DNA of 61,844 nt, the filler included. It is 5 parts of 5 records of this genome, joined end to end, with 100 filler letters (N's around TTAATTAATTAA, not from the genome) between each part and the next. Parts side by side here need not be neighbours in the genome. Positions count along the whole stretch, not along the records: positions 46,845 to 61,844 come from SRR20825010_3418; 4 more parts are not named here. One strand, given 5' to 3'. Numbering within the stretch: position 1 is the stretch's first letter; every line of letters starts with the position of its first letter. Shown here piece after piece: positions 61,367 to 61,844 of this stretch. The translations under genes were made by a program, and so were the position numbers. The notes under the pieces were generated by a model that worked only from the letters and a program-made list of their open reading frames with translations, ran no database searches and had not been told where the DNA came from.

Positions 61367-61661
61367 ATTGCCTCGCCAGGTAAAAGGTTGAAAACACGAA
61401 CCGGTCTGCAGAGCGATCCTGGGAATAAGTGCTATGCTGTGGACACAGATGGTATTGTACCCGAGCCGCGAATGCATCCGGAGAAATCCCGTATCAATTA
61501 CGTGACTTTCCGGGCAGAAGTACATTTGGTCACAAAGTTATACTTTTTATCCGGCCGCCAATACTCTATAAATGAGCGGGATTTATAGAACATCGTTAAT
61601 GTTTGTGTTAAAAACCCCGGTTGAAAATAACGACAGTCGCTGAGCGCAAGGCAGTTGGACA

Positions 61662-61844
61662 ATGGATGACAACTTCGAGAATCTGAAGATTATGGTGATC
61701 GACGACAGCAAGACCATTCGTCGCACCGCCGAAACCCTTCTTAAGAAAGTCGGTTGCGAAGTCATTACCGCAACGGATGGCTTTGACGCTCTGGCGAAAA
61801 TCGCCGATTCCCAACCCAATATCATTTTCGTCGATATCATGATG
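61662..61844 (+). CDS. pilG: Twitching motility response regulator PilG, 3' truncated (missing from the ORF track)
   Basis: MDDNFENLKIMVIDDSKTIRRTAETLL...DGFDALAKI...IIFVDIMM; divergent from gshB. Confidence 0.93.
   Translation, partial: MDDNFENLKIMVIDDSKTIRRTAETLLKKVGCEVITATDGFDALAKIADSQPNIIFVDIMM

Overview
This window is not one genome region. It is five unrelated contigs joined by artificial 100-bp spacers (N44-TTAATTAATTAA-N44) at 11954-12053, 29475-29574, 42854-42953 and 46745-46844. (1) 1-11953, alphaproteobacterial: tail of an ectoine-type cluster (Ask_ect, SSS symporter, MFS transporter), an orphan radical SAM enzyme, an AraC regulator, a TTQ amine dehydrogenase cluster in the aromatic-amine-dehydrogenase layout (B-E-D-A plus mono-haem cytochrome c, no mauG), GST and a Baeyer-Villiger monooxygenase. 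(2) 12054-29474, gammaproteobacterial (Alcanivorax-like by gene content, inferred): BigR/YeeE pair, haemolysin III, Dps, RND pump, Ca/Na antiporter, AI-2E transporter, two tandem lipoproteins, pirin/OsmC, PpnP, hydrolases, MATE, plus several REP-like and heptamer-periodic hairpin elements. (3) 29575-42853, alphaproteobacterial: addAB-murU-amgK-tsaE-divL block, an aromatic amino acid decarboxylase, queG, tgt. (4) 42954-46744: rhizobial-type rhamnose ABC transporter and mutarotase. (5) 46845-61844, Marinobacter-like (inferred): OqxAB/MexEF-type pump behind a perfect SoxR box, an AraC regulator, a candidate divergent TPAT-like TRAP system (atypical DctM, TatT-like lipoprotein, DctP-like binding protein), HU, and pyrC'-pyrB-pyrR-yqgF-algH-tonB-gshB / pilG. 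The best leads are the TPAT-like trio, the mauG-less TTQ cluster with a hydrophobic heavy-chain insertion, the SoxR plus AraC dual-input pump promoter, and the heptamer-arm miniature element. All calls come from motif recognition by eye; no searches were run.
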